64,000 nucleotides of DNA from a phage. The notes below the pieces were generated by a model. The model was not told the origin of the DNA and ran no database searches. It saw only the letters and a list, made by a program, of their open reading frames with translations. The stretch is from sequence record PZ386957.1, one strand, 5' to 3'. The position numbers were made by a program, and so were the translations under genes. Shown here in pieces: positions 63,392 to 64,000 of this stretch. Each line of letters opens with the position of its first letter. The stretch's first letter is position 1.

Positions 63392-63822
63392 TATCCCTTC
63401 CTCAAATAAGTTCTTTCAATTTCTACCAGTTCGAAAAATTCATCCCAATCACACGGAAAATTGCAGTTTCCGAAATGATCCTCTTTGTAAAGTTCTTTAC
63501 CGGATGGCAGCTTAATATCTGTTACGCTGTAGTATCCGCAACAATCGCAATCACCATCTGTATATTCTGTTTTGGTAGGAATATCCATCATTGCCAGATA
63601 CAAAGGTACATCGTCTTGCTCAAAGTTCATGTAACCTTCATGGTCGAATGAAACAAAGTTATCATCGCCACCGAAAGGGATATAGTGGTCATAATCGGTT
63701 ACAGGTTGACCGTGCAATTCCCATTCTACAATTTTAACATTACCGCTAAACTTGATACCCATAATTTCAACAAGAAAATGAGTATCGTCAATGTAAATCT
63801 TACTAGGAGTTGGATAAACCAT
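63391..63822 (-). CDS. hypothetical Cys-rich acidic protein (143 aa)
   Basis: ORF track; DGDCDCCGYY and GNCNFPCDW Cys clusters; leader GAGGATTATATA-ATG. Confidence 0.45.
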   Translation of the reverse strand: MVYPTPSKIYIDDTHFLVEIMGIKFSGNVKIVEWELHGQPVTDYDHYIPFGGDDNFVSFDHEGYMNFEQDDVPLYLAMMDIPTKTEYTDGDCDCCGYYSVTDIKLPSGKELYKEDHFGNCNFPCDWDEFFELVEIERTYLRKG

Positions 63823-63832
63823 TATATAATCC

Positions 63833-64000
63833 TCATATCTCAGAGAATAGAATCTCTGTTAGCTTCACTGACTGCTCTCTGAATGTTAGCGTATACTCGA
63901 AAGGAAAGTCAACACCCAATTTCAGAAGAGAATAGCCTACCGCCTCTTTATGCTTGTCGGTTAGGGCGATCCTAACCAATTCCCGTTGAATCTCTTTAGG
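63833..64000 (-). CDS. hypothetical protein, C-terminal fragment (5' end beyond window)
   Basis: Open minus-strand frame to window edge ending ...FREQSVKLTEILFSEI with stop at 63833; its stop abuts the RBS of the next gene. Confidence 0.3.
   Translation of the reverse strand, partial: PKEIQRELVRIALTDKHKEAVGYSLLKLGVDFPFEYTLTFREQSVKLTEILFSEI

Overview
This window is a T4-like (T-even type) myophage genome segment, identified by reading the ORF translations against remembered T4 proteins and motifs; no database search was run. Layout, left to right: minus-strand genes 59 (partial), 33, dsbA-like, a CYTH-like insert and rnh; the plus-strand late long-tail-fibre operon 34-35-36-37 with holin t; then a long minus-strand early/replication region with many small accessory ORFs, topoisomerase II (52, 39 plus a hop-containing gene 60), rIIA/rIIB, dexA, dda, 56, 61, 41, uvsX, a split DNA polymerase 43, regA, 62/44/45, 46, 47, 55, anaerobic RNR nrdD/nrdG, endonuclease VII, thioredoxin and Dam. 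The most notable findings are: (1) a gene 60-type programmed translational bypass element with altered take-off/landing codons (GGU to GGC) and a shorter gap, next to an intact HNH endonuclease that splits the topoisomerase gene; (2) the DNA polymerase gene split into 43A and 43B by a free-standing GIY-YIG endonuclease gene, with 43B further interrupted by a 264-nt ORF-less td-like group I intron immediately after motif B; (3) a dispersed family of early-promoter cassettes, often carrying an inverted repeat around the -10 box, and a conserved ribosome-binding module; (4) a paralogous multigene family with internal repeats in two clusters; (5) accessory genes including a CYTH-domain protein, a secreted DUF1311/LprI-like protein and a helicase-like ATPase. 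No tRNA, rRNA or CRISPR array was seen. Several ORF-track starts were moved to internal Met codons that have good Shine-Dalgarno sequences.
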